From the NCBI GenBank assembly GCA_036785375.1, contig JAWMAR010000982.1, forward strand, positions 186,001 through 250,000: 64,000 nt of DNA, in the 5' to 3' direction. Origin of the DNA: Leucoraja ocellata. Lineage: Eukaryota. This document shows positions 25,021 through 37,092 of the stretch, in pieces (position 1 is the first letter of the stretch; every line of letters starts with the position of its first letter). The notes under the pieces are model-generated. The model was not told where the DNA came from. It did no database searches and saw only the letters and a list, made by a program, of their open reading frames with translations. The translations under genes and the position numbers were made by a program.

Positions 25021-25160
25021 TGGCACAGTGTCGCAGTGGTAGAGTTGTTGCCTTACAGTGCCAGAGACCTGGGTTTGATCCTGACTACGGGTGCTGTCTG
25101 TGCAGAGTTTGTACATTCTTCCCGTGATCGCCTGAGTTTACTCCGGGATCTCCGGTTTCC
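25021..25160 (+). mobile_element. HE1-type SINE 5' fragment
   Basis: ggcacagtgtcgcagtggtagagttgttgccttacagtgccagagacctgggtttgatcc. Confidence 0.8.
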
Positions 25161-25235
25161 TTTTGAGGAAATTGTGAGAGTTGGTCAGGTAGTCATCATT
25201 ATATGCCGATGAGCAGCAAGTGGCACGTAGTACAT

Positions 25236-25393
25236 TGTGGGAAGGAACCTCAGATGCTGGTTTACACTGAAGATAGACACAAAATGCTTCAGACTCTGAA
25301 GAAGGGTCTCGACCTAAAACACCACCCATTCCTTCTCTCCAGAGATGCTGCCTGACCCGCTGAGTTACTCCAGCTTTTTGTGTTTATCTTCGG
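25236..25393. mobile_element. Penelope-derived fold-back repeat
   Basis: gaagatagacacaaaatgct..ctgaagaagggtctcgacc..agctttttgtgtttatcttc. Confidence 0.7.
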
Positions 25394-26521
25394 CACAAAG
25401 TACATTGCAGGATCTCCCTGTCAAACTGGGTGGAAGAGGACTTTCAGTTATCAATTCCCTCTTTGCAAGAATACATACATACAACTTTTTAAAGGAAAAT
25501 TCTTTCTGATCTGCTATTCCAAGTTAATAATGTCTACCATTTCAGATCACCACGAGAATCAGCATAATCAACCACAACGTACATATATTTGACCCAGAGC
25601 CCTCACCTACCTCAGGTCACCACCATTTCCAAATTGAGGAACTGTTAACCTTGTTATTTATGAATCTAAAAGGTAAATGATATTCCTGTTCTAACCCCCA
25701 TACAATTTTCTCTCTGACCTCAACTCGATAATCACTCTATAAGAGGCCCTTTTAATTTTTCCAGACTCTGATTTTGTGCTAAAATCAGCATTGTCAAGTG
25801 ATACCCGCTATAAGAAAAGCTATGGAGTAGCTTTTGGTCGGTTTGTGCTATGTTTAGTTCCCCTCAACTGCAGACAATTCATTTTCTAACTCTTGAACAG
25901 TAGCAACTTATTTTCGGATAAATGATTTGATAAGGTTTGGCCAATACCACGGTGATTCAGATCAGTTGGTAAATACTCGATATTGCTCTCAACTTGCAAG
26001 AATGATTTACTAGCTGTGCGCAAATGGGAAATAGCTGGATAGAAAATCGAGCTGTGATTTAGTAAAAGAGTTTGTGAAAATAAATGTTAATTGTAAATGA
26101 AAGGGTCAGACAGGACCAACATCATCAAGGCTGTTTATCAATATATAGACAAAAGAAGCAATAAGCAGTTGGAAGAGAAGCCAAGGAGAAAGAAGATAAA
26201 TGTACAATAATTATTTTGTGTTTATTTTACGCCATTTGCTGTTATGCTTGCGATATGAATCCTGGTGACATTTTATAACATATTTTAGGTAACATTAGGT
26301 TTATATTTGAAATAAATTCTATCCCTGATATAAACTTGGAAGGAACTGAGAACCAAAACTCGTAGCAATGTTTTGAAACAATGCTGAGAAACATAAACTT
26401 CCACTAGACTGCCAATTATTTCGTTTATACATTTACGGAATTTCCAACGATAATTTGAGGGAAGTTAAAATTAAAGTTGCACATAATCACAAGCAGGAGA
26501 AAAAGCATTAGGGATTCAGAC

Positions 26522-26648
26522 TTCAGTTCAGTTTAGTTTATTGTCAAGTGTACCGAGGTACAGTGAAAAGTTTTTGTTGCGTGCTAACCAGTCAATGGAA
26601 AGGAAATACATGATTACAATCGATTCACAGTGTATATAGATAAATGAT
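26522..26648 (-). mobile_element. Rex1-type 3' UTR fragment
   Basis: agtttagtttattgtcaagtgtaccgaggtacagtgaaaag..gcgtgctaaccagtc. Confidence 0.7.
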
Positions 26649-26719
26649 GCTGACAGACTTGGTGCTGTTGGTTCTTTATAGGTAAATGGGCATCATACAA
26701 TCTGGTATATAAAAAATGG

Positions 26720-26818
26720 AGAAAGAAAGAATTGAAGATTCTGGTTTATACCAAAAATAGACACAAAGTGATGGAGTCACTCAGTGGGTCAGACAGCATC
26801 TCTGGAGAAAAAGGATGG
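26720..26818 (-). mobile_element. Penelope-derived short repeat
   Basis: atagacacaaagtgatggagtcactcagtgggtcagacagcatctctggagaaaaagg. Confidence 0.65.
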
Positions 26819-28282
26819 TTATCTGGTATATAAGCTACACTGGTGCATAAGTTACTTCCCTTCCACCCTCACATAATTGTGCAATTGTGATATATTGTGG
26901 GTGACAAAAGCTAACATTAAAAACATTAGACATGCTTTTCTTTGCAAACATCTCTATTCAAATAGTTGCAAGTTGCACATGGTTGCACGTCTGTTGTGCT
27001 GCTCCCAGTAAAAAATGTCATTGCTCTGTTTCTGTACATATGACAATAAAGCACTCTTGTATGGGAAAACCTGTTGTCTGGATTCCTGGATTTAAAAGTC
27101 GGTCCCACAGTGGGAGATAGGGCCGTGTGATAACTGTTGGCAGAGTGACCAGAAGGCAAAGTAACAAAGAGGTGGAACGTAATCACAGCTTATATCACAA
27201 CCCATATTTCGGAAAGATTTACCGTCATATAATTCATATCAGTTCATAAATTTAGCCCTAATTATTATTTTTAATCTAAAGAGATTGGTATATACACCAA
27301 ATTGTACAGTACTTTAAAAATCTTCTTGGGCCAAGCTATCAAACATGGAAAGATTGCTCACATTGCTGGAATTTTTAAAGCCAAAGATTATGAGCTTATT
27401 ATAGGTGTGCCCTGCAGCAGGCATAGCACAGCTTAACATTTCTTATAAAAAGAAGCCACCACAACAACATCCCACGAACAAATGAATGAAGGCAGTCTGG
27501 ATCAATAATGTCAAGCTAAAATAAGTCTGAAAGGGACATGGTAATTGCTGGGGCTATAACACAGGAATGTTAAGTTCGCTGAAGTTTATTTCATGAGACA
27601 GAATATAAGATTTTCCACAAATTTAAAACAAAAGCAGTTCAAATTACTTAAAAAGTATTGAATGCTAATGGGCGCAGGTGCAAATATCAGTATAATTTAG
27701 ATATTGTACATGAAATTAGCTCCTGTCAAAGAAAAGGCTGATGTAAAGTTTTATGTTACATCAAAGTTAGAGAAAGCTTGAGATCAGTCCAGACGTCATT
27801 GAAAAAGAACATCCTGATCTTTGAAGTATTAAAATGCTTTGGGAATAAGAGAATATTATTTCAAGAAATAATTCAAGAAAACATTATCTACAATTTTTCA
27901 TGCATCTTTTCATACATTCTTCATTGTACTTTACTCTTGTATTTCAGTTATATTTGTTGCAAACAACAATAGTTAATCTTGTGTGTGGCCAGCCCAAGAC
28001 CCATCATGGTATAGTTTTGTTGGACCAAAATGGAAAAGCCATGCAGAGTTGGTGTTTGAAGTAAAGACTTCCTGGTGTGCACCAGTCACAGCCAAACTCA
28101 GCAAGGCAGGACGTGGCTAGTTGGGAGGGCAGGAGGAGTTGCCGGGGTGGGAGGAGTGAGTGTGTGAGGGGGAGAAAACCTGAGGGTCAGCTCCTATCGT
28201 CTGCCTTCTGGTCTACAAACTGAATTCTCCAACTGCAGGTATCGTGTCTGTATATGTTGTCCACCTATGATCTTGCTCCCCG

Positions 28283-28384
28283 GTGGGCAGCGCGACTAAC
28301 GTCGCAGCGGCCTCTGCAGTCCGTTTGTCTTTTTGTTATTTTTTTGTCCCGTTTTAATGTAGTTTTTATTATTTTTTTGATGGG

Positions 28385-28415
<31 letters not shown>

Positions 28416-29130
28416 GGGGGGGGGGGGGGGTGGGGTGGGCAAACGTTTAAAATCTTTCCCCTGCACGGAGAACCCGACCTTTTCCCTGTCGGTTGTCGTT
28501 GGGGCTGCAACGTGGAGCGGCCTCCGGCAGGAACGTCCTGGGGCTCCAGTCGCGGTGCTGCGGAGCTACTCACCATCATGGAGCTGGCCGAGTCCGGAGC
28601 GGGTGGAGCTGTGGTGGCGCGCTGCTGTGACCCTACCCCTGGAGATTCGGAGGCTTACCGCAGGGCTGGCAGACAGTAATATCGGGTGCCCGCGGGTCCC
28701 TGGTGGGAGACCGCTTTTCGAGGCTTCTGCAACGGCGACTTCTCCTGCCCGAGTCGCGGGGTCGAGGAGTGCCTGGAGCGGGGCCTTACATCATCGCCCG
28801 GCGTGGCTTCAACGGCTGCGGGACTTTGCTAGAGCCCGCCGGGAGCTCCGACAACAAGACCCGGAGCGTGGCCTTGCATCGCCCGGCGTGGTTTTAATGG
28901 CCGCGGGACAATTGCCATCGCCCGCCGGGGGCTTTGACTGACATCGGGAGGGGAATGGGGAGTGCAGGGTAGAGTTAAGTTTTTTTGCCTTCCATCACAG
29001 CGAGGAGATGCGCTGTGATGGATGTCTGTGTAAATTGTGTTGTGTCTTGGGTCTGCAAAACAACATTTCATTTGAGCCTCTATGAGGTTCAAGGGACAAA
29101 TAAATTGTATTGTGTATTGTGTATTGTGTA
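28283..29130 (+). mobile_element. GC/CpG-rich non-autonomous retroposon with Rex1-like tail
   Basis: Internal catcgcccggcgtgg repeats, a (TG)n/poly-G tract, hairpin ccatcacagcg..cgctgtgatgg, and end gacaaataaa(ttgtattgtg)n. 5' boundary approximate. Confidence 0.7.
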
Positions 29131-29466
29131 TAATAAATTGCCCGATACTTCAAACACCAACTCTGCATGGCCTTTCCATTTTGCTCCGACAGCTTTTTTG
29201 TTTATTTATTCTATTTTTTTGGGATCTGGGCATTGCTGTAAAGGTCTGCATTTCTTGCGCATACCTACTGCCCTTGAGAAGAAAGTGACAAACTCCTCCT
29301 TGAACCATTGTGGTCCATCTGGTGAAGGTGATCTGACAATGCAGCCAGGAAGGGAGCTCCAGTATTCAGACCGAGTAAAAATGAAAGAAACGCAAAATAT
29401 ATCTCCAAGTCAGAAAGATGTTTCACATGAAGGAAACTTACAGAATATGTTTCTATACACTTCGAA

Positions 29467-30180
29467 TTAGAGTCATACAGCATGGGCGTGGCACGGTGGC
29501 ACAGCACAGTGTTGAGCTGCTGCCCAACAGCGCCAGAGACCCAGGTTTGATCCTGTCGACTGAAGCTGTCTGTACGGAGTTTGTACATTTTCCCTGTGAC
29601 CGCGTGAGTTGTCTCCGAATGCTCCGGTTTCCTCCCACACTCCAAAGACGTACAGTTTTATAGGTTAATTGGCGTTGGTAAAATTGTAAATTGTCCTTAG
29701 CATGTAGGATAGTGTTAAGTGTACGGGGTGACCACTGGTTGATGAGATCTCGATGGGCCAAAAGGCCTGTTTCTGTACTGCATCTCAAAGACTAAAGTCT
29801 AGAGCATGGGAACAGGCTTTGTATCCCAACCTAGAACTAGAGGACCCATGTGCTCTAGTTCTTAATTCCTCTACCCTGGGTAAAAGATTCTGTGCATTCA
29901 CCCTATCTATCCCCACATGACTTTATACAGTTCTATAAGATTATCCGTCAGCTTCCTGTGCTCCAAGGAATAGTCCTAGCCTGCCCAACCTTCCTCGATA
30001 GCTCAGGCCTCAAAGTCCAGACAACATGCTCTTAAATCTACTCTGCATTCTTCCCAGCTTAATGACATACTTCCTACAGCAGGATGACCAAAATCAAACA
30101 CAATACTCCACATGTGGTCTCACCAAAGTCTTGTACAACTGTAATATAATTACCCAGGCCCTTAGCATTCACTGTGAAAG
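29467..30180 (-). mobile_element. CR1 3' fragment, interrupted by HE1 SINE
   Basis: Reverse-complement motifs LYKTLVRPHVEYCV and the CR1 3' terminus agagtcatacagcatggg|aacagg. Confidence 0.75.
29484..29802 (+). mobile_element. HE1-type V-SINE, full length
   Basis: A/B boxes, V-domain and tail. AGCAT(GGG) is repeated at 29479 and 29803. Confidence 0.9.
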
Positions 30181-30442
30181 TCTAGCCCTTGCTTGACTTA
30201 TTGCCTATGTCCTTCTTGGTAGTAGAGATTGTAGGTTTGATAGGTGCTGTCAGCATAGTCTGAGCAAATCATTTGTGGCTGGGGTGCCAGAGAACAGTTC
30301 TACTTGTACCTCAGTGATAGCCTGAAAGCTATTTGAGTTAGGATGATCTCGTGAAAATATACGGCACTATTTGCAACAACTGCTACAAGCCCAGAACAGG
30401 GCAGGTAGAGCATGAAATGTGATTGTCAAAGAATTCATTAAG

Positions 30443-31463
30443 TAGCAATGTTACAACATTTTGAGATTTTAAAAACCAAGTCTGCAATTTATCCCACCAA
30501 ATAAAGCATAAAAAGAAGTATAATTTGACACCTAATTCACTTTCATATCTTCAGTATTAAAAAAGTTATGGCCATTTTCATACTAGGAAATTAGCATCTT
30601 GTCCATTGACTTAACTCAAAAGCTGTGATCAAGGACAGTCAATAGCCCATAACTTTCTTAAAAATTAAGAGAACTGAAAGAAATTTTCAGTTATTTTAGA
30701 TTGAAGCATTCTGAAACAAATATGAAACAATTTCAATGACTTGAAATTAAAGCATATAATTAGTTAATCTAATTGTAGCTAATTACAAAATTCAAATACT
30801 AGATCTAAACATCTATCAATTTCTTAAGAATAGATTAACATTTTTAAATAACCTAAGTGTCCAAATAACATTCACACAAGAATTCACAATATAACATAAT
30901 TTTTAAGTCTCATTGTCATGTATTTATGGGCCAAATGGAAGGAACTTAGTGTTTAATTCCCGTAAATTAATCGTCATTTAAATCATCTTGCGAGTGGGTT
31001 TTTCTGGAACGCGATCATTTGGAACGTTGCGGTTGCAGTGAATTTAAACACCATATCGGCAGGAAAAATACTGCCAGTTCGTATGGGGAAAAAAATCACC
31101 GTTTCGCAACGTAAAATGTGAATTAAAGGCATCTTAAGGAGCACTTTTATACATAAAATAAACGGCTTTCCTTTACCTGTCCCGTACGTGAAATCCGTCC
31201 CCGTTGTCGGCGTTGACGGCTTTAGAAGCTGATTTTAAAATTACTCCAGCGCTGAACTTGTCGGGCGATTTTAAAAAAAAATTCACAGAACGACCGTCGG
31301 AGCAATTCTTCAGCAAAAGATTGCACTCCAACAAAATATAATCCAGGAAAAGGTAGGAGAAAACCGCGTTTAACCCCGCCCCCCCCCCCCCCCCAACTCA
31401 AAGGCGCCAAAGTCGCGCACACGGCCAGTGGTAGAACTGCAGTTAAGTTTTGTAACATACCTA
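30443..31463. mobile_element. Unclassified non-autonomous DNA transposon (TAG...CTA ends)
   Basis: Left end tagcaatgttacaacatt versus right reverse complement taggtatgttacaaaactt. Flanks CATTAAG and TATTAAG. No transposase ORF. Confidence 0.65.
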
Positions 31464-31624
31464 TATTAAGGTGCAAACTTTCATTTGGGTCAGAGTTATA
31501 GATATATGCACCATTTGGTAGTCGGTTTCCCCCTTTTGGGTAAAGGAGCTTACTGATACTATTCAATGATATCTGAATAGGTTTATAATCTCTCTTATCA
31601 GAGGGCAGCAAGCAAAGTAAACAT

Positions 31625-32035
31625 ACGGCTTGGTGGGGATGGAAGGATACCCTTGCAGGCATCTCATCTCAACTCCACTATGTGTAACACAAGCCAAAAC
31701 ATTTCACTCTCTTGACATCCAGCTAGTGTGCATCATGCATCAACACATCCTTAATACCTTCATTTTGTGGCAGTCTGCTGTGCTCTCAGCACTTGAGTAC
31801 CAAGGGAAACCAAAAAGTAGTGCCTTAATTTTTAGGATACCTGCTAATTACATGGTCCGTCTTTGCTGCACAATCCGTACACATAGAAGAGACATAATGC
31901 CGCACAGAATGCAGAGAGCAGTCAACCCGCACATTGAGACAATGGTGTTACCATGAGGAGCCTACAGTATGCATCCCAACTACTGTCAAGAATTGTGCAG
32001 GTCTTCTGTAAATTCACAGCCCTTGCCACCACAGA
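31625..32035 (+). pseudogene. Decayed PIF/Harbinger (HARBI1-like) transposase fragment
   Basis: Ordered remnants GYPCR (cf. GDSGYP), RRHNAAQ (cf. ERYNRAH) and LQYASQLLSRIVQVFCKFTALA (cf. LQYSP.KVSRIV..CC.LHNLA). Confidence 0.5.
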
Positions 32036-32896
32036 TGCTAGCTGCAGAACAGGAGCAGGAAGGGATGGGGAAACTAGCACAGCCTTTTTCTGTTACTTTC
32101 GCCCATTGCAATGCCATAAATACAATGCCATCAATTGTCCCACAACTTACCTTCTGTCTGCTGCCGACTCTTACATTATCCAGTGGATTACAAACCACAA
32201 GTAAAATCTGGACCAAAATAAGCAGCTGTTTGGTTGGCGGGCAAGAAGCACAATGAGTGCTGGCACAATGAGTGCTTATCAGCTTGAGGGAGCACAGCAG
32301 ATTCTGCCACAACCCAAAGTCAGCACCTCAATAGTCCCAGGATTCAACTGGGAGGACAGGTTGTGCTCACGTGCTCTTGCTATCCCATGCTGTGATAGCA
32401 GGTTGGCTGGGCTTGCATGCTGGAGGTTTGAGCTTCCCCACTAGTGCCCAGACATTGAAGGGGTCTGCTTGTACTGCAATGGAAACAGCAGCAGGGTTTT
32501 ATCCCTCAACACATTCATGCATTACTCTTCACACTGCCAGGTGTAGAGTCCAAGGTGTTTGCAATGCCATGTGCAAGTTTGGCGATGTGCTCCTTAACTT
32601 GTATACAGTTCTGACACCCCTGGCAATGCATTGAAATATTTCATTGATCTTACCCATCAGCATTCTTCTTGACCTGCCCCCATTCAAGTCCTCACCTGAG
32701 CCCTCTACAGCAGAACCCATTTGTGATCTCACCTTTTAAGGTGCCACTTGCTCTCTTTCCCCGAGGCTGGCTGGAGGCAGATCACTTGTGTACAGTATTG
32801 TAACATGTGCAGATACCACCTCCAAACTCAACCTTAATTTATGTATCTGAGCTAGTGCTCAGTAAATGATCTGTTCATCAATATCATTACTGCAAA

Positions 32897-33170
32897 TTGA
32901 GACACAAAATGCTGGAGTAACAAAGCAGGACAGGCAGCATCTCTGGAAAGAAGGAATGGGTGACGTTTCAGGTCGAGACCCTTCTTCAGACTGAGAGTCA
33001 GGGGGGAGGGAGATAGAGATATGGAAGGGTAAGATGTGAAAAGGAAAGATCTAAGGGGACGATGATGAAAGAAAATGTCGAATGGATCTTTGTTAGCTGA
33101 GGGGAAGGTCACAACGAGGCATACAATCAGTGACATTTAATCAGGACTGTCTGCAGTTCCTTCCTACACA
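32897..33170 (-). mobile_element. Penelope-derived repeat
   Basis: Reverse complement of the 14750-15013 repeat. Confidence 0.75.
32958..32993 (-). ncRNA. Minimal type I hammerhead ribozyme motif (Penelope-type)
   Basis: Minus strand cagt-CTGAAGA-A-GGGTctcgACCT-GAAA-C-GTC-accc: core boxes intact, palindromic ACGT in place of helix III, GUC cleavage triplet. Helix I is very short. Confidence 0.65.
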
Positions 33171-33459
33171 TTATCATAACTGCAATCTGCAACCTATTCA
33201 TCCTTTGCCACTTCTTGAGCAGGTTGCACATCTTGTCTCTCTGAAAGATGAAGGAACATGTGTAGGGCTGCGTGAGATAACCAGCATAGATGTGTACGCT
33301 AACACCACATCAGTTTGGTAATACATCGTTGATGACAGACGAGAATGGGGAGAAATGGGCTGTGAGATGGAAGATTGCGTTAAAGATCTTTTACTGTTTT
33401 TCTTCTTCTTCTTCTGGAACCAGCCTAAGCACTGCCCACTCCAATTTTACTCTGATCGT

Positions 33460-34508
33460 ACCCTCTTATCCCCTCTCCCATCAGGTAGAAGATACAATGG
33501 CTTGAAAGCATGTACTACCACGGTTTCCCCCCACCTGCTGTTATCAGGTAATTGAGCAGACCTCTCCTGAGGCAAGAATATAGTCCCGATCTCTCAACCT
33601 GTTTCATTGCATGTACTTTCTCTGTAATTGTAACACTAAAGCGCTACATTCTCTTTCAACTACCTAGGTCTCCCTGGATAGAGTGGATGTGGAGAGGATG
33701 TTTCTACCCACGGGGAAGACTAGGACCAGAGGTCATAGCCTCAGAATAAAATTATTTTACCCTAGGAAGGAGATGCATCTCTGCCCAGCGAGGCCTGCGG
33801 ACTTTGGGAGTCGCGGACTCCGGCAGGAGGTGGCCGACTCGGATGTCCAGGCCGCTGAGGAGGTCCCCCATGACCCGACGTCGGACTTACATCACCCCGG
33901 CGAGAGGGCCTGAACATCGGGCCGCCCGTAGCGGCATCTGCGGAGGGCTCGGGGAGGCCCCGACCACGGGTGAACATTGGGGAACATTAGAGGAAGAGGA
34001 CTAACTTTTGTGCCTTCCCTCACAGTGGGAAACTTTGATTCTACTGTGTGGCGATATTTTATGTTGAATTCAAACAACTCAATGTTGCGTTCTTTATTTT
34101 TACTGTATGGCTGATTACATTTCACTGTGCCAACTGGCACATGTGACAAATAAATGTATCTTGTATCTTGAGATGAGGAGGAATTTCTTTAGCCGGAGGG
34201 TGGTGAATATGTGGAATTCATTATCACAGAAGGCTGTGGAGGACGTCAATGGTAGAGATAGATAGATTCTTGATTAGTATGGGTGTCGGGGTTATGGGGA
34301 GAAGACAGGAGAATGGGGTTAAGAAGGAAAGATAGATCAGCCTTGATTTAATGGTCGAGTAGACGTGATGGGCCGTGGCCTAATTCTGCTCTATCACTTA
34401 TGAACGTGTATGGCCTGCTTATATATGGTCTGATTTGACAGGAAAGCATGCAAACAACGTTTTTCACAGTATCTCAGTACATGTGACAATTATAAACCAA
34501 TACCAATA
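33460..34508 (+). mobile_element. Rex1-type 3' end (33460-33660 and 34405-34508) with nested CR1 3' fragment (33668-34404)
   Basis: LLSPLPSGRRYNGLKACT then UTR. The CR1 part (RVDVERMF..RTRGHSLRI, UTR) interrupts it, and the Rex1 UTR resumes to ttttcacagtatctcagtacatgtgacaat. Confidence 0.7.
33776..34169 (+). mobile_element. GC-rich non-autonomous retroposon with Rex1-like tail
   Basis: GAGATG TSD (33770-33775 and 34170-34175). Ends atttcactgtgccaactggcacatgtgacaaataaa(tgtatct)n. Confidence 0.8.
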
Positions 34509-35124
34509 CCGTCTCCTCTGTGTAGCTGCCATGAAGCTTTACTCTTCTCCAACATTGCTACTGCCTCTATCAATGCACCATCTTGTCCTGTAAGAACATG
34601 GAGTAGTGCATCAGTGGGCATCGCACAGTACCTTTGCGTGATGAGTCTCTCAGGGTTAAATGGCTGGAAATGCATGCAAGCTGCAGCATTTATGTATGAA
34701 ACTTGCATATTGCCAAATGTGTGAAGATACTATGAATTTTATGCATTGACTGCCGCAGATGGTGGAAGATGAGATAAGAGGAAGTGGTGAATGAAGCAGC
34801 ATCTGAAGTTGGTGGTGACCGTTGAAGGTACATTCACTGACCTTGTGGGGCCATTGAATATCTGGTGGTCTTGCATTCAGATCTTTAAGGATTGACTTCT
34901 CTTATTGACTATTATCTGGCAATATCTTACCAGAACTTTTCTGCAGGACTCCCTTATTCCCACTGGATAGATCACATCTTGATCTCTTCATCTCCTGGAC
35001 AGAAGCGTCCTATGCATTGCATGAAATAAACAAAGTCCGGTCTCCACTGTGAGTGCTAGTTTTACTGTTTTCCACATCAGCATCAAACAAATAACATATG
35101 GCAGCAAAAACCATATTCATACAA

Positions 35125-35478
35125 CATAGAACAGTACAACCCAAGATCAGGCCCTTCAGCCCACAATGTCTATGCCAAACATGATGCCGCCCATAACTTA
35201 TGTACCCGCACATAAACCATTTCCCTCCATTTCCTACATATCAGATTCAGATTCAGATTCAATTTTAATTGTCATTGTCAGTGTACAGTACAGAGACAAC
35301 GAAATGCATATATCCATATGCCTATCCAAAATTATTTTAAATGGCATTAACGTACCTGCTTCAACCACCACACCCAGCAGCGTGTTCCAGGCACTCATCA
35401 CACTCTGTGTAAAAAAAAAACTGCCCTACACATTTTTAAACTTTGCCCCTCTCACCTTAAAGCTATTCGACATACTTT
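35125..35478 (-). mobile_element. CR1 3' fragment containing a ~65-bp Rex1-type tail insertion (~35241-35306)
   Basis: CR1 UTR and C-terminus in reverse complement. The insert (cagatt)n..attgtcattgtcagtgtacagtacagagacaacgaaatg is flanked by CATAT. Confidence 0.7.
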
Positions 35479-35681
35479 AAGAGATGGTCATTATTAGGGC
35501 AAACCAGCATTAAGTGACTCAAATCACAAAATAAAAAGCTGAGGTCAGGATCCAATGAACCCCACAGTTACTGTTGGGTGAAACACTATGAAGCTGGCAT
35601 GCTTCTTGCATTCAAAAGTGATGAGCATAAGTACCAACACTTGTTTATAGAGATTGCTGAATTTATCAGCATGGTCATCTG

Positions 35682-35990
35682 TTCAATTTAGTTTATTGTC
35701 ACGTGTACAGAGGTATAGTGAAAAGCTTTTGTTGCGTGCTAACCAATCAGCGGAAAGCCAATACATGGTTACAATCGTGCCATTTACAGTGTATAGATAC
35801 ATGATAAGGGAATAAGGGTTAGTGCAAGGTAAAGCCAGCAAAGTCCAATCAAAGACAGTCTGCGGGTCACAGAGACAATGGTTCAAGACTGTTCCCTAGT
35901 TGTGGTTGGATGGTTCAGTTGCCTGATAACAGCTGGGAAGAAACTGTCCCTGAATCTGGAGGTGCATGTTTACACACTTCTGTACCTCTC
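35682..35990 (-). mobile_element. Rex1-type LINE 3' end
   Basis: tttattgtcacgtgtacagaggtatagtgaaaagc...acagctgggaagaaactgtccctgaatctggagg (reverse complement TSRFRDSFFPAVIR). Confidence 0.8.
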
Positions 35991-36389
35991 ACAATCAATC
36001 ATCAAATTACAATGTTATCATCCATATCCACCACACACTAGACACTTTTCCTAAATATCGACTAAATTAACACATTTATTCCTGCTTGACTTTTCAATTC
36101 ATCTATTTTGCTGAGAACACATTACTACGTGGTACCTTTAGCTTTAAATGTTTTAATGTTGATTCTTTGGTGAGTACTGTTAAGCTCTCTGGCCCTCTTG
36201 ACACATTCTACCTACTTTTAGCCAAATTGCCCACTTGGTCCTAAGCAAGTGCAAATATTGGAAACACTCAGCAGATCAGCAGTAGTCGTGGAAAGAGAAA
36301 CAGATTTAACATTTCAGGTCAAAAACATTAATTTTCTTTATCTTTTCACAGATGCTGCTTGAGTTGCTGAGTCCTTCAAGCATATTTCT

Positions 36390-36592
36390 GGAAGTCTTCT
36401 CTGCCTCAGAGGGCAGTGGAATTCTCTGCCTCAGAGGGCGGTGAAGGCTGCTCTCAAGAGAGTTAAACAGGCTCTTAAAGATAGCGGATTCAAGGGATGT
36501 GGGTCATAGGCAGCAACGGGGTACTGATTGTACATGATCACCATGAATGGCGGTGCTGGCTCGAAGGGCCGAATGGCACCTATTGTCTATTA
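36390..36592 (+). mobile_element. CR1 3' end inserted in an old Penelope-type fold-back (36255-36625)
   Basis: tggaattctctgcctcagagggcggt..ggctcgaagggccgaatggc, with gatgctgc/gctgagt arms on either side. Confidence 0.65.
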
Positions 36593-36903
36593 ATTTTTAT
36601 TCCAGATTTCCAGCATCTACAGTTTTTTTTTTAATTTTCACCCACTTCAGCTGCCTTAAGTTCTTTGTTCCTGTTTGTTTTCATTTAACCTTTCTGAAAA
36701 CTTCTACTTTACCTCATTAATATTAGTTCTATTGATGAACTTAATTATTTGCTTCACCAGGAGATTTGCACTGGAGTGGGTTTAAGTGGAGTCCCTCCCA
36801 AGAAATTTTTTTTTTTTTTTTTATGCCACAACTGATGTCACTACCCCACAGAAACATTCCTTCTATTCTCACCACCTCAGCAACCAAGCATTTAATTTTC
36901 TGA

Positions 36904-37092
36904 TGATAGACACAAAAAGCTGGAGTAACTCAGAATGTCAGACAGCATCTCTGTAGAAAAGTCTGACAACGGGTCTCGACCCGAAAAGTCACCTATTCCT
37001 TTTCTCCAGAAATGCTGTCTGACCCACTGAGTTATTGCAGCTTTTTGTGTCTATCTTCGGTTTAAACCGGCATCTGCAGTTCCTTCCTACAT
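36904..37092. mobile_element. Penelope-derived fold-back element with 14-bp TSD
   Basis: ATTTAATTTTCTGA at 36890-36903 and 37093-37106. Inverted arms surround a decayed hammerhead core. Confidence 0.8.
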
